Positions 57,018 to 64,000 of a DNA stretch of 64,000 nucleotides are shown piece after piece. Made by a program: the position numbers and the translations under genes. The notes under the pieces were generated by a model, which did no database searches, was not told where the DNA came from, and saw only the letters and a program-made list of their open reading frames with translations. Every line of letters begins with the position of its first letter. The first letter of the stretch is position 1. The stretch comes from a virus, in IMG/VR virus record IMGVR_UViG_3300025684_000010; one strand, given 5' to 3'.

Positions 57018-57368
57018 ATGAATTTAGAAAACTATAAAATCAAACCACGGTCGGAGTTCGTTTCGACTAGTCTTCAAGGCTATATCACGTGTTCTTACGC
57101 AGAACTGGTTAAAGTCTTCGGCGAACCAACATGTACAGAAACCTCAGGTGACGGCAAAGTCGACATCGAGTGGGAAATGCAAGTTGAGGATTTCGATCAC
57201 AATGCAATCCGTCCTTTTACCATTTATAATTGGAAAGACTATGACGGAGGATTTGATGCAAGATCCAATCCTATTTACAGATGGCATATTGGTGGTACCT
57301 CTGGTATCGTCTCTGCTTATGTAACTGAATACTTTAATAATACATTAAATTACTCGGAGGCGGTGTAA
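57018..57368 (+). CDS. hypothetical protein
   Basis: SD GGAG before MNLENY. Confidence 0.7.
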   Translation: MNLENYKIKPRSEFVSTSLQGYITCSYAELVKVFGEPTCTETSGDGKVDIEWEMQVEDFDHNAIRPFTIYNWKDYDGGFDARSNPIYRWHIGGTSGIVSAYVTEYFNNTLNYSEAV

Positions 57369-57607
57369 TGAAAAAGTTAAGTTCTTACGAAGTGATCATG
57401 CGTGAATTGACCAAAATGAAAAAGAAGTACGAAAAGGAAGAAGCTAACAAAGAACGCAGAGAAGCAGCAAAGAATGAACGTGCTGCCAACAAGTTAGCCA
57501 AGATGAAAGATTTTGCGTTGTATTCAGATGATAAGTTTGATGCAACCACGGAGTTAAATTTGACTCCTAGTTATGATGAGGGTAGTTTTGATTCCACATG
57601 GAATTAG
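57368..57607 (+). CDS. hypothetical protein
   Basis: Coupled ORF. Confidence 0.65.
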   Translation: MKKLSSYEVIMRELTKMKKKYEKEEANKERREAAKNERAANKLAKMKDFALYSDDKFDATTELNLTPSYDEGSFDSTWN

Positions 57608-57747
57608 CAATCCTCTTCTACTTATTTTTAATGGTTGTGATATTTTTCGCGGCTATTAAAATTTTGTTAGGAACATTGGAATTTGTTTGGAACAACGTTT
57701 GGTTGTTATTGATTCTAATGTGTATCGTTTTTGTCGCAGTAATATAG
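57598..57747 (+). CDS. small membrane protein (49 aa)
   Basis: MELAILFYLFLMVVIFFAAIKILLGTLEFVWNNVWLLLILMCIVFVAVI; not in the ORF track. Confidence 0.55.
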   Translation: MELAILFYLFLMVVIFFAAIKILLGTLEFVWNNVWLLLILMCIVFVAVI

Positions 57748-57757
57748 GTATATTAAT

Positions 57758-58183
57758 ATGACAACGTTTTTCTCGGGTCCACGTGACGGACAATTAGACA
57801 AGAATCTACAGGCCGCGGCACTGATGGCAGTTAACTTCTTTAGTAAGAAACTGAATATCCATCGACTCCGTACCAACATTCATGTCAAGTTCCATCATAA
57901 TCTATACGTAGACAACTCCCACAGTGAAGGACTTTGCGAGTCCGTGGATCCGAGATCTTTTATTATAGACATCGCGTTGTATGGGAATTGGATGTCGACC
58001 TTGGCTCATGAGTTAGTTCATGTGAAACAGTTTGCTCGAGGTGAACTTAGTGATAACTTACAATATTGGAAAGGTAAAGATTGTTCCGATACAGATTATT
58101 GGAAACAGCCATGGGAGAAAGAAGCTCGAAGGTTACAGAAGAAACTCATGAATGATTATATGAATCAATTTGAGCAAGGTTAA
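57758..58183 (+). CDS. putative zinc metallopeptidase (HExxH)
   Basis: TLAHELVHVKQ; PWEKEA. Confidence 0.75.
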   Translation: MTTFFSGPRDGQLDKNLQAAALMAVNFFSKKLNIHRLRTNIHVKFHHNLYVDNSHSEGLCESVDPRSFIIDIALYGNWMSTLAHELVHVKQFARGELSDNLQYWKGKDCSDTDYWKQPWEKEARRLQKKLMNDYMNQFEQG

Positions 58184-58197
58184 GTATATCTGATAAT

Positions 58198-58274
58198 GCG
58201 CTTGTAGCTCAGCTGGATAGAGCATCGGTCTTCTAAACCGAGGGTCGCAGGTTCGAATCCTGCCAGGCGCGCCA
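58198..58274 (+). tRNA. tRNA-Arg (TCT)
   Basis: Full cloverleaf; anticodon arm tcggt-cttctaa-accga; GGTTCGAATCC; encoded CCA. Confidence 0.95.
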
Positions 58275-58276
58275 GA

Positions 58277-58284
58277 TATAAATA
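58277..58284 (+). promoter_or_regulatory. late promoter TATAAATA
   Basis: Immediately after the tRNA, upstream of the ORF at 58307. Confidence 0.5.
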
Positions 58285-58306
58285 GCTTTACGGATGGAGA
58301 ACTGAT

Positions 58307-58483
58307 ATGAAGAAAGAAAGAATACCGTTAAAAGGTGGAGATGAATTTGATGCCTTTACCATGCGAAAATGGTACATATATCTAACTCGTTCAGGTGTTG
58401 CGAAGTCAATTAAGAAAAAGTATAACAAAAGGTTTAGGAGAAATGGAAAAGATAAAGTCAAATCCAGTTGCGAAGAACTGTAA
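58307..58483 (+). CDS. small basic conserved phage protein
   Basis: MKKERIPLKGGDEFDAFTMRKWY...; SD GGAG; not in the ORF track. Confidence 0.6.
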   Translation: MKKERIPLKGGDEFDAFTMRKWYIYLTRSGVAKSIKKKYNKRFRRNGKDKVKSSCEEL

Positions 58484-58571
58484 CAAGTTCAATAAACCAG
58501 CCACGCATGTGGACCGTAAGAAAGCGGCAGCACGTGGATACGACAAATATAAACGTTGCATTGAGGAATGA
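58443..58571 (+). CDS. small basic conserved phage protein
   Basis: MEKIKSNPVAKNCNKFNKPATHVDRKKAAARGY; not in the ORF track. Confidence 0.6.
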   Translation: MEKIKSNPVAKNCNKFNKPATHVDRKKAAARGYDKYKRCIEE

Positions 58572-58807
58572 TAATGGATATTCAAGAATTTTTTAAATTG
58601 TTAGAAAACCATGATTGGTACTATCAATATTCAGATGATCATCGAGCCTGGACCAAAGGTCGTAACGAAGGTCAGAGACTTCAGTCAATCATTCAAGAAG
58701 TTCCTTTATATACTACAATGTATTTGGCAATGAGTGATTATATGTTTAAGCCTTTGGAAGAAAGAAAAGATTTAGTGAAACCAAAATTGGAAGACTATCT
58801 CAATTAA
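58568..58807 (+). CDS. hypothetical protein
   Basis: LENHDWYYQYSDDHRAW motif. Confidence 0.7.
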   Translation: MIMDIQEFFKLLENHDWYYQYSDDHRAWTKGRNEGQRLQSIIQEVPLYTTMYLAMSDYMFKPLEERKDLVKPKLEDYLN

Positions 58808-58812
58808 TAAGT

Positions 58813-59208
58813 ATGAGTGATTTGGCAAAAGAAATAAAGCAGGAGATCAAGGAACAGTACAAAGATAGTGCTATGTCTAAAACTGGTCGTCTTGCGATGG
58901 AGCTGTCTGCAGAGAAGGCTCGATTAAGACAAGAGATGGCAGAGCTTCAAGTACAGGTAGAAGACTTAACACCGGTTACTCCTGAAGGTACACTTGATAG
59001 TTACGTTAAATGGGGAGCAACGATACTTGCGGTGTTTGGAGTATTTACTCAAAGCGCAGGTTTTATTTTTATGGGTAAAATTGCATATGCTTTAAGTTCT
59101 ATTGCATGGACTTATGTAGGACATTGTTGGAATGACAAAGCAATTATGATCGGTAGTGCAATTACAGGAACTGCCGTTCTATTAAATTTAACGGAATATA
59201 TTAGATGA
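58813..59208 (+). CDS. membrane protein with N-terminal coiled coil
   Basis: YVKWGAT... three hydrophobic segments. Confidence 0.65.
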   Translation: MSDLAKEIKQEIKEQYKDSAMSKTGRLAMELSAEKARLRQEMAELQVQVEDLTPVTPEGTLDSYVKWGATILAVFGVFTQSAGFIFMGKIAYALSSIAWTYVGHCWNDKAIMIGSAITGTAVLLNLTEYIR

Positions 59209-59912
59209 AAGAAGTATTTGTATTTGACGTAGACGGAACATTAACAGATTCTCGCCAGCCAATGAATCCAGAGTTCAAAGAGTTTATGTTGAAATTCATG
59301 GAGAACAAAGATGTATTCCTCGTTACAGGATCCGATCGTCTCAAGACCTATGAACAATTAGGATTTGAATTTTACGAGGCCTGTAAAGGTGTATGGCAAT
59401 GCAACGGTAACGAATTTTGGGAAGGATCGCAACGTGGTCCAAAGAATGACTTTGTAGTTGACTACGAGTTCAAAAAGTTTCTTACGAATCACGTTAACTC
59501 AAGTAGATATCCAATTAAGACAGGATCTCATATTGAGGAAAGAACTGGCATGTTAAACTTTTCTACAATAGGACGCGGTGCAACTTTACAGCAGAGAGAA
59601 GAGTATTACAAGTGGGATCTAAAATACCACGAACGTATATTACTTTGCGAACAGATCAACCACGAATACCCAAAGCTATTAGCTTCAGTAGGTGGGCAGA
59701 TTAGTATTGATATCGCACCGAGATCAAATAATAAGTCTCAAATCGCAGATATCCTAAATAAACAATACGACCATATTCATTTCTACGGAGATAAGATGGA
59801 GTATGGTGGCAACGATTACCCTCTTGCTACAACAATAACAATTGGTAATATGGGAACAGCATACCCAGTTGAAAATTACAAACAAACCTGGGAGGTTTTA
59901 AAACAACTATGA
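59205..59912 (+). CDS. HAD-IIB phosphomannomutase (PMM/Sec53-type)
   Basis: FDVDGTLT; IEERTGMLNFSTIGR; GGQISIDI; FYGDK...GGNDYPL. Confidence 0.85.
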   Translation: MKEVFVFDVDGTLTDSRQPMNPEFKEFMLKFMENKDVFLVTGSDRLKTYEQLGFEFYEACKGVWQCNGNEFWEGSQRGPKNDFVVDYEFKKFLTNHVNSSRYPIKTGSHIEERTGMLNFSTIGRGATLQQREEYYKWDLKYHERILLCEQINHEYPKLLASVGGQISIDIAPRSNNKSQIADILNKQYDHIHFYGDKMEYGGNDYPLATTITIGNMGTAYPVENYKQTWEVLKQL

Positions 59913-60097
59913 AAAAGAGATATACATATACACACGAAACAGACGCCGATAGAACATTAGAAGTAGTCGGCCGACCACTAGTAGCAGCAGCCGGCGAATT
60001 TGACGACCCTGATAGAACATACGTTATGAGAATTGACGACTATGTTATTGATTTTCCAACTGCTAATATTTTAACGGAAACGGTAATCCCTGAATAA
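59909..60097 (+). CDS. hypothetical protein
   Basis: Coupled ORF. Confidence 0.55.
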   Translation: MKKRYTYTHETDADRTLEVVGRPLVAAAGEFDDPDRTYVMRIDDYVIDFPTANILTETVIPE

Positions 60098-60098
60098 T

Positions 60099-60395
60099 AT
60101 GATACGAAGTGAAAGGGGTGAAAAGAAATTAGATTGGTATGTTAAGTGGGCAGCATCTGTCCTTGTACTATCAGCAATCATATTCCGTTCTGCGGGTGGA
60201 GAGTACCATTTACTTGATTTATATTTTAGTGCAATCGGCCTTGCATTGTGGTTATGGGTATCTTTGTTGTGGGAAGACCGTGCATTGATACTATTAAATG
60301 GAGTGGGATTTACAACGCTGTGTATTGGTATTGTTAAATTACATGGAAGTTATTGGATGGCTTATTGGTCATCTATATTTTCATCTATATTTTAA
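60099..60395 (+). CDS. small membrane protein (similar to the C-terminal part of 58813..59208)
   Basis: DWYVKWAAS...LWEDRALILLN. Confidence 0.65.
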   Translation: MIRSERGEKKLDWYVKWAASVLVLSAIIFRSAGGEYHLLDLYFSAIGLALWLWVSLLWEDRALILLNGVGFTTLCIGIVKLHGSYWMAYWSSIFSSIF

Positions 60396-60400
60396 GGCAA

Positions 60401-60477
60401 GCGGCTGTAGTTCAGCTGGATAGAATATCGGTCTACGAAACCGAAGGTCATAGGTTCGACTCCTATCAGCCGCGCCA
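60401..60477 (+). tRNA. tRNA-Arg (ACG)
   Basis: Full cloverleaf; anticodon arm tcggt-ctacgaa-accga; GGTTCGACTCC; encoded CCA. Confidence 0.95.
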
Positions 60478-60493
60478 CTGTGAAAGAAAACTA

Positions 60494-60522
60494 TTGACAA
60501 GTGATAAGAAGTTTGTTATAAT
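60494..60522 (+). promoter_or_regulatory. sigma70-type early promoter
   Basis: TTGACA-N17-TATAAT. Confidence 0.85.
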
Positions 60523-60556
60523 AGACAATTGAAACCCAAATTAGGAATATATATTA

Positions 60557-60822
60557 TGGAAGTATCTGAAAAAGCAACATTACTTAACGCACTTAAAGAA
60601 GGTGTAGTTACAGTAACATTTAAAAAGATTGGTACGGATGAGATTCGTATTATGCCTTGTACTATCAATGAGCAAACGTTGGCTGATGCAGGTGTTAAAC
60701 CAATGGTGAAAGATATTGATTTAGACACAGAACACTTCGCGGCTTGGGCAATTGATAAAGAAGCTTGGAGAAGTTTTCGTTTAGACACTGTAGTTAGCTG
60801 GGCAGTAGGCAATGTAGCATGA
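60557..60822 (+). CDS. SH3/WYL-like conserved phage protein
   Basis: VVTVTFKK..EIR.M.CT; WRSFR; start moved to MEVSEK after SD AGGA. Confidence 0.6.
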
Positions 60823-60888
60823 AGCTTAGAATAAAGTTAAGAAAGTATCTATGTCCTGAATCACTCAAAGGAACGAAGGTAAATTTAT

Positions 60889-61191
60889 ATGCCTAAATGG
60901 CCAGAAAGCAAACCTCACCACGACGGTGAGAGAAAAGAATTTAACTTTGATAACGGATATACAATTTCGTTAGTCAAGTTTACAGGTTCTTACGGATACA
61001 AAAAAGGTCTGTGGGAATTGGCGATCATAAATCAGGATGGTGATTTTACAGACACCACTGATTATGGTTTATTAACAATCTTGGAAGATTATTCACCTAA
61101 GAAGGGAGACCCAGGAGTCTATGGATTTCTTAGAGATCCTGACGCCGATAGAATCATCCAATACGTGGGGAAAATGAAATATGCCGGTTAA
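60889..61191 (+). CDS. hypothetical protein
   Basis: FDNGYTISLV..SYG..GLWELA motif. Confidence 0.65.
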   Translation: MPKWPESKPHHDGERKEFNFDNGYTISLVKFTGSYGYKKGLWELAIINQDGDFTDTTDYGLLTILEDYSPKKGDPGVYGFLRDPDADRIIQYVGKMKYAG

Positions 61192-61384
61192 ATTTAAAGA
61201 AAATCAAGTAGTCATAGATAAGGCTACTGGTAAGAAACATGTTCAAAGGTTTCATATGAACGCAACTGCGTTAAAGGAATTACTTGATACATTTACGAGG
61301 GGTAGTACAACTCCTAAACTTAGAGCAAAGATACGTAACGAATTGGTTCGAAGAAACGTTGAAATTCCTACATTGGAATCCTAA
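61181..61384 (+). CDS. hypothetical protein
   Basis: Coupled ORF; KIRNELVRR. Confidence 0.6.
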   Translation: MPVKFKENQVVIDKATGKKHVQRFHMNATALKELLDTFTRGSTTPKLRAKIRNELVRRNVEIPTLES

Positions 61385-61578
61385 TGAATCGACTTGATAA
61401 GTTCTTAGACGATCTTGCCTATTATTCAATACAGAGTATACTTTGGGTTGGAATAGCGTTCTGGGTTGTTGTATTAGGCATTGTATTTTATAATGCTTTA
61501 AACGAGGATCCGGTGATTGGAACAACTGATCATGGAATCATTATTCGCGAAAGCGATTTGGAGAAAGAAGATGAATAG
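61384..61578 (+). CDS. small membrane protein
   Basis: One transmembrane helix. Confidence 0.6.
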   Translation: MNRLDKFLDDLAYYSIQSILWVGIAFWVVVLGIVFYNALNEDPVIGTTDHGIIIRESDLEKEDE

Positions 61579-61774
61579 AGCAGCAAGTGTTAGAAAGGTA
61601 CCTTGTTCAGGAGTTACAAATGAAAGTAGCGGTCCTGATACAATGTACATAGTTGACCTAATTGAAAATGGGCAGGTTGTAGAATCAAGAAAACTTCCTG
61701 GTAAAAGTATGTCGTATGTAAATGACGTCTGTGAAAATTGGAATAACGGTATCATTCAGCTCCTAGTTGATTAA
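61571..61774 (+). CDS. hypothetical protein
   Basis: Start moved to MNRAAS overlapping the previous stop. Confidence 0.55.
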   Translation: MNRAASVRKVPCSGVTNESSGPDTMYIVDLIENGQVVESRKLPGKSMSYVNDVCENWNNGIIQLLVD

Positions 61775-61807
61775 TAAATAGTTAATTATACTAAGGCGAG
61801 AATATAA

Positions 61808-62368
61808 ATGGGTAGAATAAAATCATCAGGCTCAATTTCGATTAATGATATTCGTAATGAATTTGGTGCAACGGGTGAGCCTGATTTGGCTGAATACCGT
61901 AGAGGTGGAGTAAACGCAACGAGAGTTCATAGTTATGGTTCTGGCCATAACACTAACATTGGTACTAGTCAGGTTAGTCTTTCTCAATTTTATAACGCGC
62001 ATAGAGGTTGGCATCTAACATGCGGGGCTAGTAGTAATGGCAGCTTTGAATGGCGAGGATACTCGAACGGCCAAAATATAGCCGCGATTGGAAGTATTAA
62101 CCCAACAAATTATCGTGGCGCTACTCTTAGAGCAATGTACAGAACCCAATTCACCTTTAAAGGTAATACCACCCGTCAACAGATTATCATATTATCTGGC
62201 TACCGCGCAAGAAATTGGTTTAATCGCTATGTAGACCCAAATGGTACTTATTATACAGCCTCCGCTACTTGGTCGCCTAACAGTACAAATACAATTTGGT
62301 CTTGGGATGTTCCCAATTGGGGCTCATATGCTAATGGTGCAGTACTTTCACCAGAAACTCCACAATAG
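61808..62368 (+). CDS. probable virion-associated / fibre-tip protein
   Basis: N-terminal SSGSISINDIRNEFG motif; late-type AATAAATA at 61773-61780; aromatic-rich beta C-terminus. Confidence 0.45.
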   Translation: MGRIKSSGSISINDIRNEFGATGEPDLAEYRRGGVNATRVHSYGSGHNTNIGTSQVSLSQFYNAHRGWHLTCGASSNGSFEWRGYSNGQNIAAIGSINPTNYRGATLRAMYRTQFTFKGNTTRQQIIILSGYRARNWFNRYVDPNGTYYTASATWSPNSTNTIWSWDVPNWGSYANGAVLSPETPQ

Positions 62369-62377
62369 GTTTATATA

Positions 62378-63124
62378 ATGGCAATAAGATTTGATTTAAT
62401 AACTGAAATTGACGATACAGAATTCTCACGAATGTTTGATGATTGTGTTGACGCATTAAATGGTGGTTCCTATCCTTGGGAAATGACACCAGTAGCATCA
62501 GGAACAAACGAAGAGAAAAAGGCATACCAAAAAACATGTTTCCAAGAGTTTATTAATGCAGACGATGGAGTTGTATTTGTATGTTCTGAAGATGGGTATG
62601 CTCTAACAATAAGTGCAGGTAATGTCGTCAACGAAACTCACTTCCTTGGTACAATGGTATTAATTGGTCGTAATCAAGCAGGTAGCAAATCATATATGCA
62701 TGCTGAAGAATATCACCAAGCAAGAGAAGCGTTTTGGGATGAAGTAAATTTTGTTACCTGGGACTTTCAAACAATGGGACCAGGCACATCATTCTTTGAT
62801 CATATATCAAAAGTATATACCGAAACCGTAACAAACAATCCAGAATGGATTCAAAATGCTCGAAGTAACCGCCTAGTAGAAGGTGATATGGCAGGAGAAC
62901 TTGTCGCCACCTCGGTTGGGTTGTCAGGCGTTCCAAATGCAAATACGGAAATTAAGCAACTTCAAGAAATCTTCGAAAACGAACTCGGTAACTCTGGTCT
63001 TAAAATGACAGCAGGAGTAGTTTTCCCAGTCGTGACTGAAGGAGAGTTTGAAGATGAAGAAGACGAAGAAAGATTACAATGGGCAGCAGGTACGCACCCA
63101 GACCAACAACAAACAGAAGAATAG
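62378..63124 (+). CDS. hypothetical acidic protein
   Basis: 248-aa ORF, no recognised motif. Confidence 0.65.
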   Translation: MAIRFDLITEIDDTEFSRMFDDCVDALNGGSYPWEMTPVASGTNEEKKAYQKTCFQEFINADDGVVFVCSEDGYALTISAGNVVNETHFLGTMVLIGRNQAGSKSYMHAEEYHQAREAFWDEVNFVTWDFQTMGPGTSFFDHISKVYTETVTNNPEWIQNARSNRLVEGDMAGELVATSVGLSGVPNANTEIKQLQEIFENELGNSGLKMTAGVVFPVVTEGEFEDEEDEERLQWAAGTHPDQQQTEE

Positions 63125-63133
63125 GAATATATT

Positions 63134-63397
63134 ATGGTAGACTACAAAGGAAGTAACGTTGAGACACTAACTCATTCAAAAAAGTTTATGTTAGACAGAG
63201 CAAACAAACCCTACACTGCATTGAACGACGGACCATTCAGAACGTCACTAGATAAAATGGATGGAGTATTTCGCAAGGAAGTTATTTCCTATCGAGTACA
63301 CAATGGATTCCTATATAAAGAAACAGCCGTTCGGCATTTCAGTGATGGTGATTATAACGATACCGTCACAACTGAAACTCTACACTCCGTAGAGTAA
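63134..63397 (+). CDS. hypothetical protein
   Basis: SD AGGA. Confidence 0.65.
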   Translation: MVDYKGSNVETLTHSKKFMLDRANKPYTALNDGPFRTSLDKMDGVFRKEVISYRVHNGFLYKETAVRHFSDGDYNDTVTTETLHSVE

Positions 63398-63483
63398 TAA
63401 AGAATTTGGTCGGAAACGACCAATATGCGATTGCCAATGATGGTGATCTAATTTACTATGTTAATAATAAGGAGAATTATATT

Positions 63484-64000
63484 ATGAAAAACATATTCGC
63501 AGCATTTCTATTAATGCTATCAACAACTGCATTCGCAGACCTCAGTGGTTCAGCCACTATCACAAACGATTACGTATGGAGAGGAATGACTCAAGGCGCA
63601 GAGAATGCACTTCAAGTCGGAATCGACTACAACGACGACAAAGGATTTTATATTGGTGCATGGACATCAGATGTAGATTTCGGTGGAGAAGTTGACCGTG
63701 AAGTGGATCTATATGCAGGGTGGAGTGGAGCTCTTGTAGACGGAGTACTTGATGTAACTGTTGGTTATATTAAATACGACTATCAAGGTGATGCTTTTGA
63801 TTTCGAAGAGTATTTGGTTGGATTTAGTAGTAATGGTTTCACAGTAAACTATTATGATACACTTGATTCAGATGTATACACAATCGAAGCAATCTACGCA
63901 GTACCATTTATTACTGTTGTAGACGTTGAACTAATTGGCTATGAGATTGGTGGAGAAGGTACGGAAGTATTCGGAAAATTCCAAGACTCAGTTGGTCTTA
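63484..64000 (+). CDS. TorF / TIGR02001-type outer-membrane beta-barrel (partial)
   Basis: Not in the ORF track. Signal peptide MKNIFAAFLLMLSTTAFA, then NDYVWRGMTQ, ALQVGIDY, GFYIGAWTSDVDF, EVDLYAG. Confidence 0.85.
   Translation, partial: MKNIFAAFLLMLSTTAFADLSGSATITNDYVWRGMTQGAENALQVGIDYNDDKGFYIGAWTSDVDFGGEVDREVDLYAGWSGALVDGVLDVTVGYIKYDYQGDAFDFEEYLVGFSSNGFTVNYYDTLDSDVYTIEAIYAVPFITVVDVELIGYEIGGEGTEVFGKFQDSVGL

Noticed and set aside
3093-62942. Numerous 60-150 aa ORFs in the track antisense to or nested in long genes (e.g. 3093..3419, 16658..17059, 24983..25441, 25924..26358, 37462..37899)
   Set aside because: Shadow ORFs of real genes, with no SD, no motifs and atypical composition
63405-63460. 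Fluoride or c-di-GMP riboswitch upstream of the porin
   Set aside because: Only a GAAA hairpin and a GATGGTG fragment are present; the remaining consensus elements are absent

Overview
64 kb segment of a large, AT-rich T4-like (contractile-tailed) phage genome. It is probably marine with a proteobacterial host; this is inferred from a TorF/TIGR02001-type outer-membrane protein, a ROSE-like hsp20 leader, Prx and peptide deformylase. 1-26 kb is a baseplate/tail module: DUF4815 protein (partial), gp8, S8 protease, fibre, gp7, gp6, gp25, M15 peptidase, gp5, hub, split gp53, gp48, gp4, gp2, gp54, gp26, gp51-like and tape measure. 26-56 kb is a minus-strand replication module: prx, hsp20, regA, gp62/44/45, dexA, gp43, gp46/47, def, gp55, uvsW/Y, gp3, gp52, gp39+60. 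It contains a ~10 kb DNA-modification island at about 30.3-40.2 kb. 56.5-64 kb is a plus-strand early/accessory region with small ORFs, two tRNA-Arg genes, a phosphomannomutase and a partial porin. I count 17 perfect TTGACA-N17-TATAAT promoters plus several T4-type late promoters. Best leads: (1) a cytosine hypermodification island with a gp42-like dCMP hydroxymethylase, a BGT-like glycosyltransferase, further GTs, a kinase/HAD/nucleotidyltransferase set and a C5-methyltransferase-fold enzyme with a degenerate SAM motif; the GT and the MTase end in the same L-D/E-D/E-F-F peptide as the polymerase. (2) A candidate -1 programmed frameshift joining gp26 to gp51 just upstream of the tape measure gene. 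(3) A ROSE-like RNA thermometer on phage hsp20. (4) Hydrolase domains fused into baseplate proteins. All family assignments are from motif recognition by eye and recalled reference sequences; no database search was run.
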